Assembly (NCBI GenBank): GCA_964645535.1
Contig: CAZYCQ010000020.1
Span: 16,433 to 48,679 of the forward strand
Origin: an uncultured archaeon
GTDB taxonomy: Archaea > Asgardarchaeota > Heimdallarchaeia > Heimdallarchaeales > Kariarchaeaceae
Direction of reading: 5' to 3'
Length of the DNA: 32,247 nucleotides
The first letter of the stretch is position 1. Each line of letters starts with the position of its first letter. Both the position numbers and the translations under genes were made by a program. The notes below the pieces were generated by a model, which worked only from the letters and a program-made list of their open reading frames with translations, searched no databases and was not told the origin of the DNA. Below, in pieces: positions 7,871 to 16,311 of this stretch.

Positions 7871-10800
7871 ATGTCAATCCATAGTGAGACCCTTAACTCA
7901 ACCGAACACCTTCATACTAGATCCAATTCTCCCTTCTCATATTGGATTAGCCGAGAAAAAACTCATGAAAAAAGTATTCATGAACTGGATCGAGAATATG
8001 AAATGCTGAAAGAGGAGTTCCGAAATCTCTATGGTGATGAACGAACGCTTTATGAGCCCAATTATGCTACAAATTACTTCTACAATTTTCCTAGTTTGAA
8101 TTCAGAACATATGGATCCATACAAATCGCAAAGTGTGATGTCCAAAATCAATTACTCTCATCTCATCAAAATCAAAGGAAAAAGGTTTGCACGAAGCATT
8201 CTTTTTTCAAGCTCAACTGGAGAACATACGAGAGAACATCACGAAAACAAGAAAATCATGAAAATACTTGCCGGTTTCGTTACAGAACCTTGGATCTACC
8301 TGAAAAGAGATTATCTCAACAAATATCATCCAAAGTTTTTGAAATTTCTTTGCAACACTGAAGTTCCAAGAAGAACTCCTACAATCTCAAAATACTTCTA
8401 TGTTATATTCAAATATCTTTACGTCGAACGTTACAGGACCGACCTTCCCTCCCGCCTCAAAAATGAACTGAAAAACATTCTCAATATCCGAAGACTCGGT
8501 CTCAAAAAGAAACTCGAACTTGAAGAGGCAGGTGTGATCTCTCGTGGTAAACCAAGCGACATATTGAAAACTCAGTCGAAAACTGTTGTCGATGAGGCAA
8601 GAACGGTATTGAGGAAGATGGCACTAATGCTTCCTCCTCATGTTTCAATTAGAGATCTTGTTTTAGGTGTCGACAAAGTGGCGTCAAGATATAAAATAAA
8701 TCTTAAAGGATTTTCTTATGAACCTGAGGCATTGGCATTCTTTACCTTGCTCCATTTTCTGAAAGGATTCCCACTTCCGTCCCGTCCAACTCTGATTTCT
8801 CTCCTTCTTGATCTGCCAAAGAAGGATTTTTCCGTGATTCAAACCTACCGTAAGATATTCCATTTCGGTGAGAATAATCCTTATCTTTCCGAATTGATTT
8901 CTGCCAGTAATTTTACGAAACTTTCAATTGATGATCTTTATCTTGAATGGCAAAAGGTTTCTTATGAGCCTTTTGAAATCAAGGATAAAACAACGTGCAT
9001 CCAGAAAAAAGTATCTGTTTCCGATTGCCAACTTTTGGAGGCTACTGATGCTGCCAATGAACTGGCTTTACATGGCATGGATTGGTTGCCAACAGAAGTT
9101 CTGTCACAACTCTTCAATTCATCTGATACCATGGAATTTCTGAAAACTGTTTCACATATAGAGAATCTAGGTGTTCAGAAACGGTTCAATTCACTCTATC
9201 GTTCATCAGTAAGGCAAAATTTTTCCCATATCCAACCATCCTCTCTTCCAGTTCAATTGATTAAGATAATCAAGGGCGTGGAATCATTGACCTTTTTTTC
9301 CCAGGGTCCTGACTTAGATATTGCCTTTTTGAGTTTCGTTCGCCATTTTGTAGATACTGAAGAAGCATTGGTCTTTTCTAGAAAATTCACTCCAAAATTT
9401 CTCAAATCCTTTTTTCCTCCTCTTTTGGTGAATCCTATTATCAAAAACATGGTTTTCGAAATACCATCTCATACCTCCAGAATGGTAATCTTGTTGGATG
9501 AATGCACCAATCACGAAGCTCATCCGCCACGATCTTTATGTAGAAAAATTAACCGTTCACCTGAGCTCGTAGTTTCATATCAATTGGTAAATCGTATAAG
9601 AAAAGGTATTTTCCCTCCTCAATTTTCCGAAATCAATGCCGAAATGAACAGTGGGAGAATGGTAATTGTTGAACAACGAAATCCGATGCTCGAAAAACTA
9701 TCAATTCCATTCTATGGGAGGGTACCTTGGCGAACATCTTCCTTACTTATTGATATGGCATATTATGTCTTGATTTTCGGATCAAAAGGTGGAAAGGTTC
9801 TTTTAAATCCAAATTTTCCATCAGGAACCTTTTTCAACCAATATTTGAACGGTACCCTTTCCTACCGGCTAAATCAACTAATGACATCAGAAAACCTCAA
9901 TCCAATGCAATTGGCCATTGGGGATGATGAAGTCATTGCATTTTATCTGCTTCAAATAATCCAACTTCGCTTGCTCCAAAAGAAATATTGTGCGTCAACC
10001 AATCAAAATCTTCCTCCAATTTTCTGGCTTGCATCAGAAACAGAATTTGCTGAACAATTGCTTGTTTGCGGATTAAAGAATCCGGAAAGAGTTAGGAAAC
10101 GCTTGGGGATTCATTTGCTGGATCCTGATCCCTTAACATCAATTACCGACTTTCTCACACTATTCAATGCCTTCCTTACCCCCCTCCCGAAAGGGTCCAC
10201 TGTGGTTTTCCCTTCAATCCATAGAATTCTACAAGATGAATATGTCCCTGATGAATTGAGAAAAATGGACGATGATGAATACTATTCGTATCTCTGGGAA
10301 TTGGCAGAATCAGAGGTCTCTGAATTTGATGAAACAATTGATGAATTTATCCAAAAAGAACTTGATGCCTATATTGATGAGACCACCACTGAACGAGAAC
10401 TCCTTCTACTCAGGAAAGAAGCGGAAGAAAAATTTCAAATGAAAAGACAGAAATTGATTCAATCTATTGATGCAAAAATAAAGGCTGCTGTCATTACCAG
10501 ATCCCATCACCAAGATCGAGGTATTCCCTATTATTTCAATGGAAACTACTCTACGGAAACAAAAGTTCGCCTCTTTCAGCTTTTACAGAATGTTGCAGAA
10601 AAGGCTATCACTGAAGAAATTTTTATTCTCATGGGTTGCAGGTCAGGTTCCTATTTCAAAATACCAATTGAAAAATTTGTTTCGGATCCTGGCTCCTTCT
10701 TGCCGACCTACAATTTGCAGAACAATAATGGGGAAAGTCTCGAATCTAAAGAGAGATTCATGTATCATACAGAACAACTGTTTTTAGATGTAGTCCAATT

Positions 10801-10960
10801 ACAAAAAGATCTCCTTTCGAAATTACCGACGTATTCTTTCATACACCTTTCATCCCACAAAGACAGAGTGATTGCCTATCTCAAGAATCAAGGTAATTGG
10901 AAAGGTGAGATCTGGAATATGGGTGAGGTGTATCGATACCTTCGAAGATTGGAGGAATAA
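7871..10960 (+). CDS. Large hypothetical protein (1029 aa); probable C-terminal inactivated RadA/RecA-like domain and possible N-terminal TFB/cyclin-like repeat
   Basis: Long uninterrupted ORF. The C-terminal third has RadA-ordered segments 'FPSGTFFNQYLNG', 'IFWLASETEF', 'VVFPSIHRILQDEY' and 'LLQNVAEKA...IFILMG' but no GKT. Domain calls are by eye. Confidence 0.6.
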   Translation: MSIHSETLNSTEHLHTRSNSPFSYWISREKTHEKSIHELDREYEMLKEEFRNLYGDERTLYEPNYATNYFYNFPSLNSEHMDPYKSQSVMSKINYSHLIKIKGKRFARSILFSSSTGEHTREHHENKKIMKILAGFVTEPWIYLKRDYLNKYHPKFLKFLCNTEVPRRTPTISKYFYVIFKYLYVERYRTDLPSRLKNELKNILNIRRLGLKKKLELEEAGVISRGKPSDILKTQSKTVVDEARTVLRKMALMLPPHVSIRDLVLGVDKVASRYKINLKGFSYEPEALAFFTLLHFLKGFPLPSRPTLISLLLDLPKKDFSVIQTYRKIFHFGENNPYLSELISASNFTKLSIDDLYLEWQKVSYEPFEIKDKTTCIQKKVSVSDCQLLEATDAANELALHGMDWLPTEVLSQLFNSSDTMEFLKTVSHIENLGVQKRFNSLYRSSVRQNFSHIQPSSLPVQLIKIIKGVESLTFFSQGPDLDIAFLSFVRHFVDTEEALVFSRKFTPKFLKSFFPPLLVNPIIKNMVFEIPSHTSRMVILLDECTNHEAHPPRSLCRKINRSPELVVSYQLVNRIRKGIFPPQFSEINAEMNSGRMVIVEQRNPMLEKLSIPFYGRVPWRTSSLLIDMAYYVLIFGSKGGKVLLNPNFPSGTFFNQYLNGTLSYRLNQLMTSENLNPMQLAIGDDEVIAFYLLQIIQLRLLQKKYCASTNQNLPPIFWLASETEFAEQLLVCGLKNPERVRKRLGIHLLDPDPLTSITDFLTLFNAFLTPLPKGSTVVFPSIHRILQDEYVPDELRKMDDDEYYSYLWELAESEVSEFDETIDEFIQKELDAYIDETTTERELLLLRKEAEEKFQMKRQKLIQSIDAKIKAAVITRSHHQDRGIPYYFNGNYSTETKVRLFQLLQNVAEKAITEEIFILMGCRSGSYFKIPIEKFVSDPGSFLPTYNLQNNNGESLESKERFMYHTEQLFLDVVQLQKDLLSKLPTYSFIHLSSHKDRVIAYLKNQGNWKGEIWNMGEVYRYLRRLEE

Positions 10961-11078
10961 AATTGTTGGGTAGTAAACGAGTAGGCATACAATTCAAAGA
11001 GCAACTCCTGAGGAGGAGTGTCCAAGTCTTGTTTCCCGTCTTGTTGGGATATCTCGCCTATTTGATTTCAAAACAATT
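10961..11078 (+). other. Candidate structured intergenic RNA element (nested stems)
   Basis: Paired segments: AATTGTT/AACAATT, CGAGTAGGC/GCCTATTTG (2 G-U), ACTCCT-GAGG-AGGAGT and TCCC/GGGA. Confidence 0.35.
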
Positions 11079-11090
11079 GGAGGCTGGAAT

Positions 11091-12128
11091 TTGAAAAAAG
11101 AATACATTTCTTTCTTCCTAAATCTTCTTTTAGTAAGTTCACTCCTAAGCTCCAATGGTCAGCAACATGCTTTCCAGGAAAAAAGGATTGAATATCGTTT
11201 CGAATCTTTTGACAAGGGTTCTGCAATTCACACTCTTATCGCAAACAAATCGTCCGAAACTTTAATCTTCAACAAAACTTTGCCTGTTGAGACTGTGGTG
11301 TCCATTCGGTTAACTATTAGTACAAATTCTACCGGCAAATTCTCCTTGGTCGCATGGGGGGCAAAATTAAACCCTATGGACACTTTACCATCCTATTGGA
11401 TACTTTTCAAAAATAAACGAATCTTAGCATCACAATTTACTCCTCCACAAATTTTCACATTTTCCTCCAACAAACTCAATATTCCTGACGAATTCGTAAA
11501 CTTTCCTCTAGTATTAAAAATGGATGTGGTGAATGGGGGAAACGGGATTCTCCAAGCTCAAATAATTCTAGAATTTGAAATTGGTAAATATGTCCGGACA
11601 ACAACCTTCATGCCGAATGGTACCGAAAACGATTCTTTCATGAATTTTGTTGATCTTCCCTTTTCTAATGCCTCATTTGATGGATCGGCTTTCCTCTACT
11701 CAAAATTCGCATATTTCTATATTTCCTTCCCTAAATACATCTTTGATACAAAAAAAGAATTTGATCTAAACCTTGAGTTCTCAGTTGATAGCCAAAATTC
11801 ATTTGAATTTCTTCCACTCCTTGAAAATTTTAATAGTCCTGATAATTCAACAGAGACCACCAAAGCTTCAACCTTTACTTGGTTCAATATCAAACTTGAT
11901 CAAGGCATATCCATCTCCTTGGAAGGAAAGAATTCTCCCGCAAAAATATCTTTGGTATCCATATCTTTGACTCCCACACAAGATTCTGAGGGGTTTCTTG
12001 ATAGACTAATGGTCAGACGCGGTAATTCTCCCGCATTGGGCATTTTTATGGTTGCTCTTGTTTGGGGAGTTTATCTTTGGATTACAAAACGACGAATCTA
12101 TATAACATCTGCTACCCTTAATCGATAA
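11091..12128 (+). CDS. Secreted/cell-surface protein with signal peptide and C-terminal membrane anchor
   Basis: N-terminal 'MKKEYISFFLNLLLVSSLLS', beta-rich body with many NxS/T sequons, C-terminal TM 'ALGIFMVALVWGVYLWI' followed by KRR. GGAGG lies upstream of the TTG start. Confidence 0.75.
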   Translation: MKKEYISFFLNLLLVSSLLSSNGQQHAFQEKRIEYRFESFDKGSAIHTLIANKSSETLIFNKTLPVETVVSIRLTISTNSTGKFSLVAWGAKLNPMDTLPSYWILFKNKRILASQFTPPQIFTFSSNKLNIPDEFVNFPLVLKMDVVNGGNGILQAQIILEFEIGKYVRTTTFMPNGTENDSFMNFVDLPFSNASFDGSAFLYSKFAYFYISFPKYIFDTKKEFDLNLEFSVDSQNSFEFLPLLENFNSPDNSTETTKASTFTWFNIKLDQGISISLEGKNSPAKISLVSISLTPTQDSEGFLDRLMVRRGNSPALGIFMVALVWGVYLWITKRRIYITSATLNR

Positions 12129-12134
12129 TTCTTC

Positions 12135-12150
12135 TATTTAAAGCTAAAAT
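12135..12150 (+). promoter_or_regulatory. Extended TATA motif TATTTAAAGCTAAAAT
   Basis: Starts 29 nt before GTG 12164 and matches the recurring motif. Confidence 0.55.
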
Positions 12151-12163
12151 TTGGATTAAGTAT

Positions 12164-15100
12164 GTGAAAATTTCAATAATTGCAGATGCGATTGTAGTTG
12201 AAAATAATGCCAATGTGGATATCCATTATCCTTTAATTCTTCCTTTTGTTCCATTGAAGCTAAATGTCGTTTCACATGAAAAATTTAGGCGTTTTGGCCC
12301 CTCTTACAAGAAAAGAATGGCTGACTCAAGACAGATGCCATTGTTGATAAATGATATCGATCATGAAACCACCTTAAAACACGTTTCCGTGCAGCATTAC
12401 GTCAAATTCCTTGTGGCATTCGTGAATTCTGGAATTCCAATACGAGTGATCAAAAAAGAAAATCAGTTTATTGTTTTAGCTGTATTTCATGAAAAAATTA
12501 TTGGAAATAAGAACAGAAAAGATCTAGAAAACAAAATTAATGAAAAATGGAGGCGTCTTCCTCAATTTCCTAAGTTGAGCTTGTCTCCAAGGATGCTTTA
12601 TTCTCTAAAAAAATATCCGTTCTTTGCTTTCAATGTCCAGAATCTTTTCAAGCATCATCGAAAATGGCTCATTCCATTTTCTACATATGGAATGATCCTA
12701 GATAGACTGGCATCAGAATTCCAGGTTCCTGATGATCAGACTGAAACGTTCTCTGGAAACGAAGCCATCAAGGAATATGAAGATAACGGCATTTCTGTTT
12801 ATGTCTTTTCAGTGCGAAAGAAGAAATACCGATTGGAAAATGGAAATGTTTTACTCGTATACGGCCCAATACATGAAATAGGGGAATGGTTTCCTCACGT
12901 TCTTGCTAGATTTAGGGATCGTCTTCTTTGGCTTGGAAATTTTCCAGAAAGAAATGGTGTGTCCCGTCAGATTGATTTCCAAAAATACCGGGTAGATTTC
13001 CTTAATCTCTTGAAACGTATTGATGTTGGATCTGATGTCACATTTTTCGGGAATTATCTTTGGCGAATAACACAGATGAAGTCTTTTAGAAAGGCTTTTC
13101 GAAAATTATTGACAATCATTGAACAGAAAGGGCTTGGACAAGGTCTTAACAACGTTCCCTTCAGCAGAATAATTGAAGCATTTGGCCATCCTGAGGTATC
13201 ACAGGCCATGAGTGAAGGAGAACGAAGATTTGTATATGCTACTTTCATCCAATTGGACAATTACAGATTTCTGGATCCAGAAACAGCCTCCAATCCTTTG
13301 GTTTTTGAGGAATTCGGTTATCTCTGGCATTCCCTCAGAAATCCAAATATCATTCAAATGCTCTTTGAAGCATATATTCTGCTGAAATTCGCGTCAATTC
13401 ATGACATGGGTTATTCTCTTCTTGTTGTAGAAGATCAGGATGCTGCTTTGCATCTTTTGGAAAGTAATGCCTTAGAACTTATTCAATCCGAATTTCCGGA
13501 TCTAAAAATTATTCTTTCTCTGAAAGAGTGTAAAAGAGTTTCTAATACTTATCATCAACTCATAATAGGGAAACACCAAGTATCACAGTTTCTTCCAAAC
13601 AATGCATCTGCCAGATTCCCAAAAACCATCAATCTTTACCGAAATCCTGCCGGAAAAGGATTTGTTCATGTGGCAATTGATAATTTTCCAATTTCCACAT
13701 TCACAAATGAATTTGATCCTCTTCTGCTAGAAGAAGGCAGTCCTCCTTCCCTTCTTTCCCCTATCCAAGAAGAGAATGAAGAGGTACGTATCGTCTTGCA
13801 AAAGATAATTGTTGATGGAAACACTTCTCTTCTTTCCTCACACAAATTTTCAGAGAAGGTAAAAGAACACGTTGATATCGCTCTTTTACTTGAAAAATTT
13901 CCTATTATCGGTTTATCCAAGGGTTTTGATCTAACTGAGGTATCGTCGACAAAAATGAATCGTTTGAAACGTTCTGAAATACGAGAAATTCAAAATTCTT
14001 CAATAGAACGGGCTGTGGAACGGGGGTTCGTATTAACTATTGGAAAGGGTTACTCTAGCGATAGTGATCAATTTGAAATTACAGAGAATGGGATAAAATG
14101 GTATCACACCCTTCTACAGAAAATAAGAAAGGATTTCATTGACTTGGTTGTAACACTTCCTAATACCTTCGAAATTTTTGATAAAGTTGGAAATAAAGTT
14201 AAGGAACTTATGGAATTGAGGCAACTCTCAAATTCTAGGATTGTCCATTTGAAATTATTGGAATATGGATTTATGGCCTTTGCTTACGGAAACTTCGGTC
14301 TTCATGTTCCTGCACTCCTTCTGGGTTTGTATTCTCTTTTTGACCCCAAAATTGAATTTTCAGAACCTGAATTTATAGATGGGGAATTAGACAGCTTATA
14401 TCGACTGAGGTGTGTTTCACTTAAGACAAAAGTTCTTGAATTGTTCCAGACTCAATCTAATCAACAAGATAACCCAAAAAAAATTGAGATGGAAGAGGAA
14501 AATAGATTTGAAAATGCTTCTCAATACATTGATGAATTACCCAATCCCATCCCTTCATCAATTAAAACTTCTGCTCCCTCTATTCCTGAAATACTCAAGT
14601 TCATGAAAGAAAGTAAGCTTACGACAGTTGTACTTCCTAAATCAGACAATCTCTCACTAGATCAAAAAATAAGTGTTATCAAGGAGATTCCTATAAATGG
14701 ATTCTTTACTGAAAGTTCCTCAAAAAAACTTGGATCTTTCAGATCTATGAAATTAGGACAGCTTTTGGAATTTTCAAAAGAGGAAATTGAAAATGAAATT
14801 TCTGAACCAGTAATTGCGGAAAAATTATACTCCCTAAAATCCAAGTGTGTCAATCAAAAATTTGTATATCTCTTTTCCCAACTTGATGCGTATTACAAGA
14901 AACTAACTATAGCCACAGGCATCAGGATTCCAAAATCTCTACTTCCACATGATATCGTCATTCCGATGTCCGATGACAACACTGCAAAAATAAGGGAAGG
15001 AGTGAACCAAAGCAGTACAAACCTTGAAATCTTTGGTCGGTTTTTTCATATCATTTTGCTCATATGGTGCAATAACGAACAACTTCGATTGAAAATCACT

Positions 15101-15397
15101 AAAAAGACAAGTGATGCTTCTTCAGAATGGATTAAATCTGTAACCTCTCTTGATGTCAAAGAATTCACTCCGCACCTTCTAACGGAAATGAACCGGTTGA
15201 TCCAGGCGTTTCAGGAATTTCGTGGTGGTATGGAAATCAAGGAAGATTCTTACAAGATGAAACCCACTCCATTTATGGTTTCTGTCGGTTATTTTAGATT
15301 GAATCGCTTATGGAAACTAATTGAGGAAAATGATCCTGAATCAAATAAAAGGCTAATTTTCGAGAAGATTCATAAAATTGTAGAGTACAGAAGTTGA
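12164..15397 (+). CDS. Large hypothetical protein (1077 aa); probable degenerate VirB4/HerA-like ATPase domain plus winged helix
   Basis: 'NVLLVYGP' (Walker A position, no GKT), 'FLNLLK', 'HSLRNP', 'LLVVED' (Walker B-like), and later wHTH-like 'IERAVERGFV...FEITENG'. Confidence 0.55.
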   Translation: MKISIIADAIVVENNANVDIHYPLILPFVPLKLNVVSHEKFRRFGPSYKKRMADSRQMPLLINDIDHETTLKHVSVQHYVKFLVAFVNSGIPIRVIKKENQFIVLAVFHEKIIGNKNRKDLENKINEKWRRLPQFPKLSLSPRMLYSLKKYPFFAFNVQNLFKHHRKWLIPFSTYGMILDRLASEFQVPDDQTETFSGNEAIKEYEDNGISVYVFSVRKKKYRLENGNVLLVYGPIHEIGEWFPHVLARFRDRLLWLGNFPERNGVSRQIDFQKYRVDFLNLLKRIDVGSDVTFFGNYLWRITQMKSFRKAFRKLLTIIEQKGLGQGLNNVPFSRIIEAFGHPEVSQAMSEGERRFVYATFIQLDNYRFLDPETASNPLVFEEFGYLWHSLRNPNIIQMLFEAYILLKFASIHDMGYSLLVVEDQDAALHLLESNALELIQSEFPDLKIILSLKECKRVSNTYHQLIIGKHQVSQFLPNNASARFPKTINLYRNPAGKGFVHVAIDNFPISTFTNEFDPLLLEEGSPPSLLSPIQEENEEVRIVLQKIIVDGNTSLLSSHKFSEKVKEHVDIALLLEKFPIIGLSKGFDLTEVSSTKMNRLKRSEIREIQNSSIERAVERGFVLTIGKGYSSDSDQFEITENGIKWYHTLLQKIRKDFIDLVVTLPNTFEIFDKVGNKVKELMELRQLSNSRIVHLKLLEYGFMAFAYGNFGLHVPALLLGLYSLFDPKIEFSEPEFIDGELDSLYRLRCVSLKTKVLELFQTQSNQQDNPKKIEMEEENRFENASQYIDELPNPIPSSIKTSAPSIPEILKFMKESKLTTVVLPKSDNLSLDQKISVIKEIPINGFFTESSSKKLGSFRSMKLGQLLEFSKEEIENEISEPVIAEKLYSLKSKCVNQKFVYLFSQLDAYYKKLTIATGIRIPKSLLPHDIVIPMSDDNTAKIREGVNQSSTNLEIFGRFFHIILLIWCNNEQLRLKITKKTSDASSEWIKSVTSLDVKEFTPHLLTEMNRLIQAFQEFRGGMEIKEDSYKMKPTPFMVSVGYFRLNRLWKLIEENDPESNKRLIFEKIHKIVEYRS

Positions 15398-15403
15398 TTT
15401 TTC

Positions 15404-15419
15404 TTTATAAACCTAAAAT
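15404..15419 (+). promoter_or_regulatory. Extended TATA motif TTTATAAACCTAAAAT heading the operon that contains polB
   Basis: First 14 nt are identical to 657-670. Starts 37 nt before ATG 15441. Confidence 0.6.
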
Positions 15420-15440
15420 CATTTCCTATGATGGGATCTC

Positions 15441-15794
15441 ATGGCCATTACTACCGCTCAAATGAAAGACCTGCTTACACCGATGATGAGTCGTATCCGA
15501 AATTGGGGAGAGTACTTCAATAATCTTGGTTTCAGGCTCGCATTATGGTATACCATCACTCGTTTTCTTATGTCTCTGAATCCATTGGTTTCATCAATGG
15601 TCTCGATAGCTATTGAAGTATTCCTAATACTTGCATTAAGAAGAAATGAGGTTTCCTCCCCTCCTGAAATTCATGAATCCCCTAAGGACTTTTTGGTATT
15701 GGAAACAAACGGTTTATCATATTGCTGGCATGAAACCGACAAGAAAGTGGAAGTGCTGATTGAAAAAGGAATGATGGTGATTGAAAATGATTAG
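15441..15794 (+). CDS. Small hypothetical membrane protein
   Basis: 117 aa with 1-2 hydrophobic segments. Overlaps the next ORF. Confidence 0.65.
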   Translation: MAITTAQMKDLLTPMMSRIRNWGEYFNNLGFRLALWYTITRFLMSLNPLVSSMVSIAIEVFLILALRRNEVSSPPEIHESPKDFLVLETNGLSYCWHETDKKVEVLIEKGMMVIEND

Positions 15795-16311
15795 GATGTT
15801 TTTGGAACTTTACGCTCTCCATGTACTGATTGCAACCATATTTTCATATTTGGTCATTCCATTACTCCCCAGTTCCTTGACCAAACCTTATTTGCAGTTT
15901 GGATCTGCATTAAGAAAAGGTATCTATGAAACGATCGAAAAGATATATGAAAAAAAGACAATCGAGCTTTATTTAACATCAAGAATCTTTACTCCTTTTG
16001 TTATCTTCGTCATTTTGAGTTCATTTGTCTTGGATTTCATCGTTTCTGCTGAGGGCTTGATTGCTACTCAATTTCTTGGATGGCTCCTGTATGGTTCTCT
16101 TGTGATAAATTCTGTTCCATCAATTGAAGAATGGGATCATATTGTACAGGGAGACCCCATTTCATGGGCATTTGTATGGATAAAGGTAACAGTGATCATT
16201 GATTTTCTTGGTAACCAGACCTTTGATTTCCTACCCCCTTTTGCTACATATGTTGCAATTTTCTTTCCTTTCTCAGTTTTTTTCCCTGAAGGCGAAACGA
16301 GATTTGTTTAG
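15781..16311 (+). CDS. Membrane protein, probable inactivated M50-like metallopeptidase family (paralog of 21473..22222)
   Basis: Several TM segments, 'IFTPF' and 'GWLLYGSLVINSVPSIEEW', no HExxH. Start may be the ATG at 15787 or 15796. The stop overlaps the polB start. Confidence 0.6.
   Translation: MKMIRMFLELYALHVLIATIFSYLVIPLLPSSLTKPYLQFGSALRKGIYETIEKIYEKKTIELYLTSRIFTPFVIFVILSSFVLDFIVSAEGLIATQFLGWLLYGSLVINSVPSIEEWDHIVQGDPISWAFVWIKVTVIIDFLGNQTFDFLPPFATYVAIFFPFSVFFPEGETRFV

Noticed and set aside
11008-11030. CTGAGGA matching the hammerhead ribozyme core CUGANGA
   Set aside because: No GAAA follows the putative stem II (GGA-GTG-TCC is followed by AAGT), and the motif is sequestered in a perfect hairpin.
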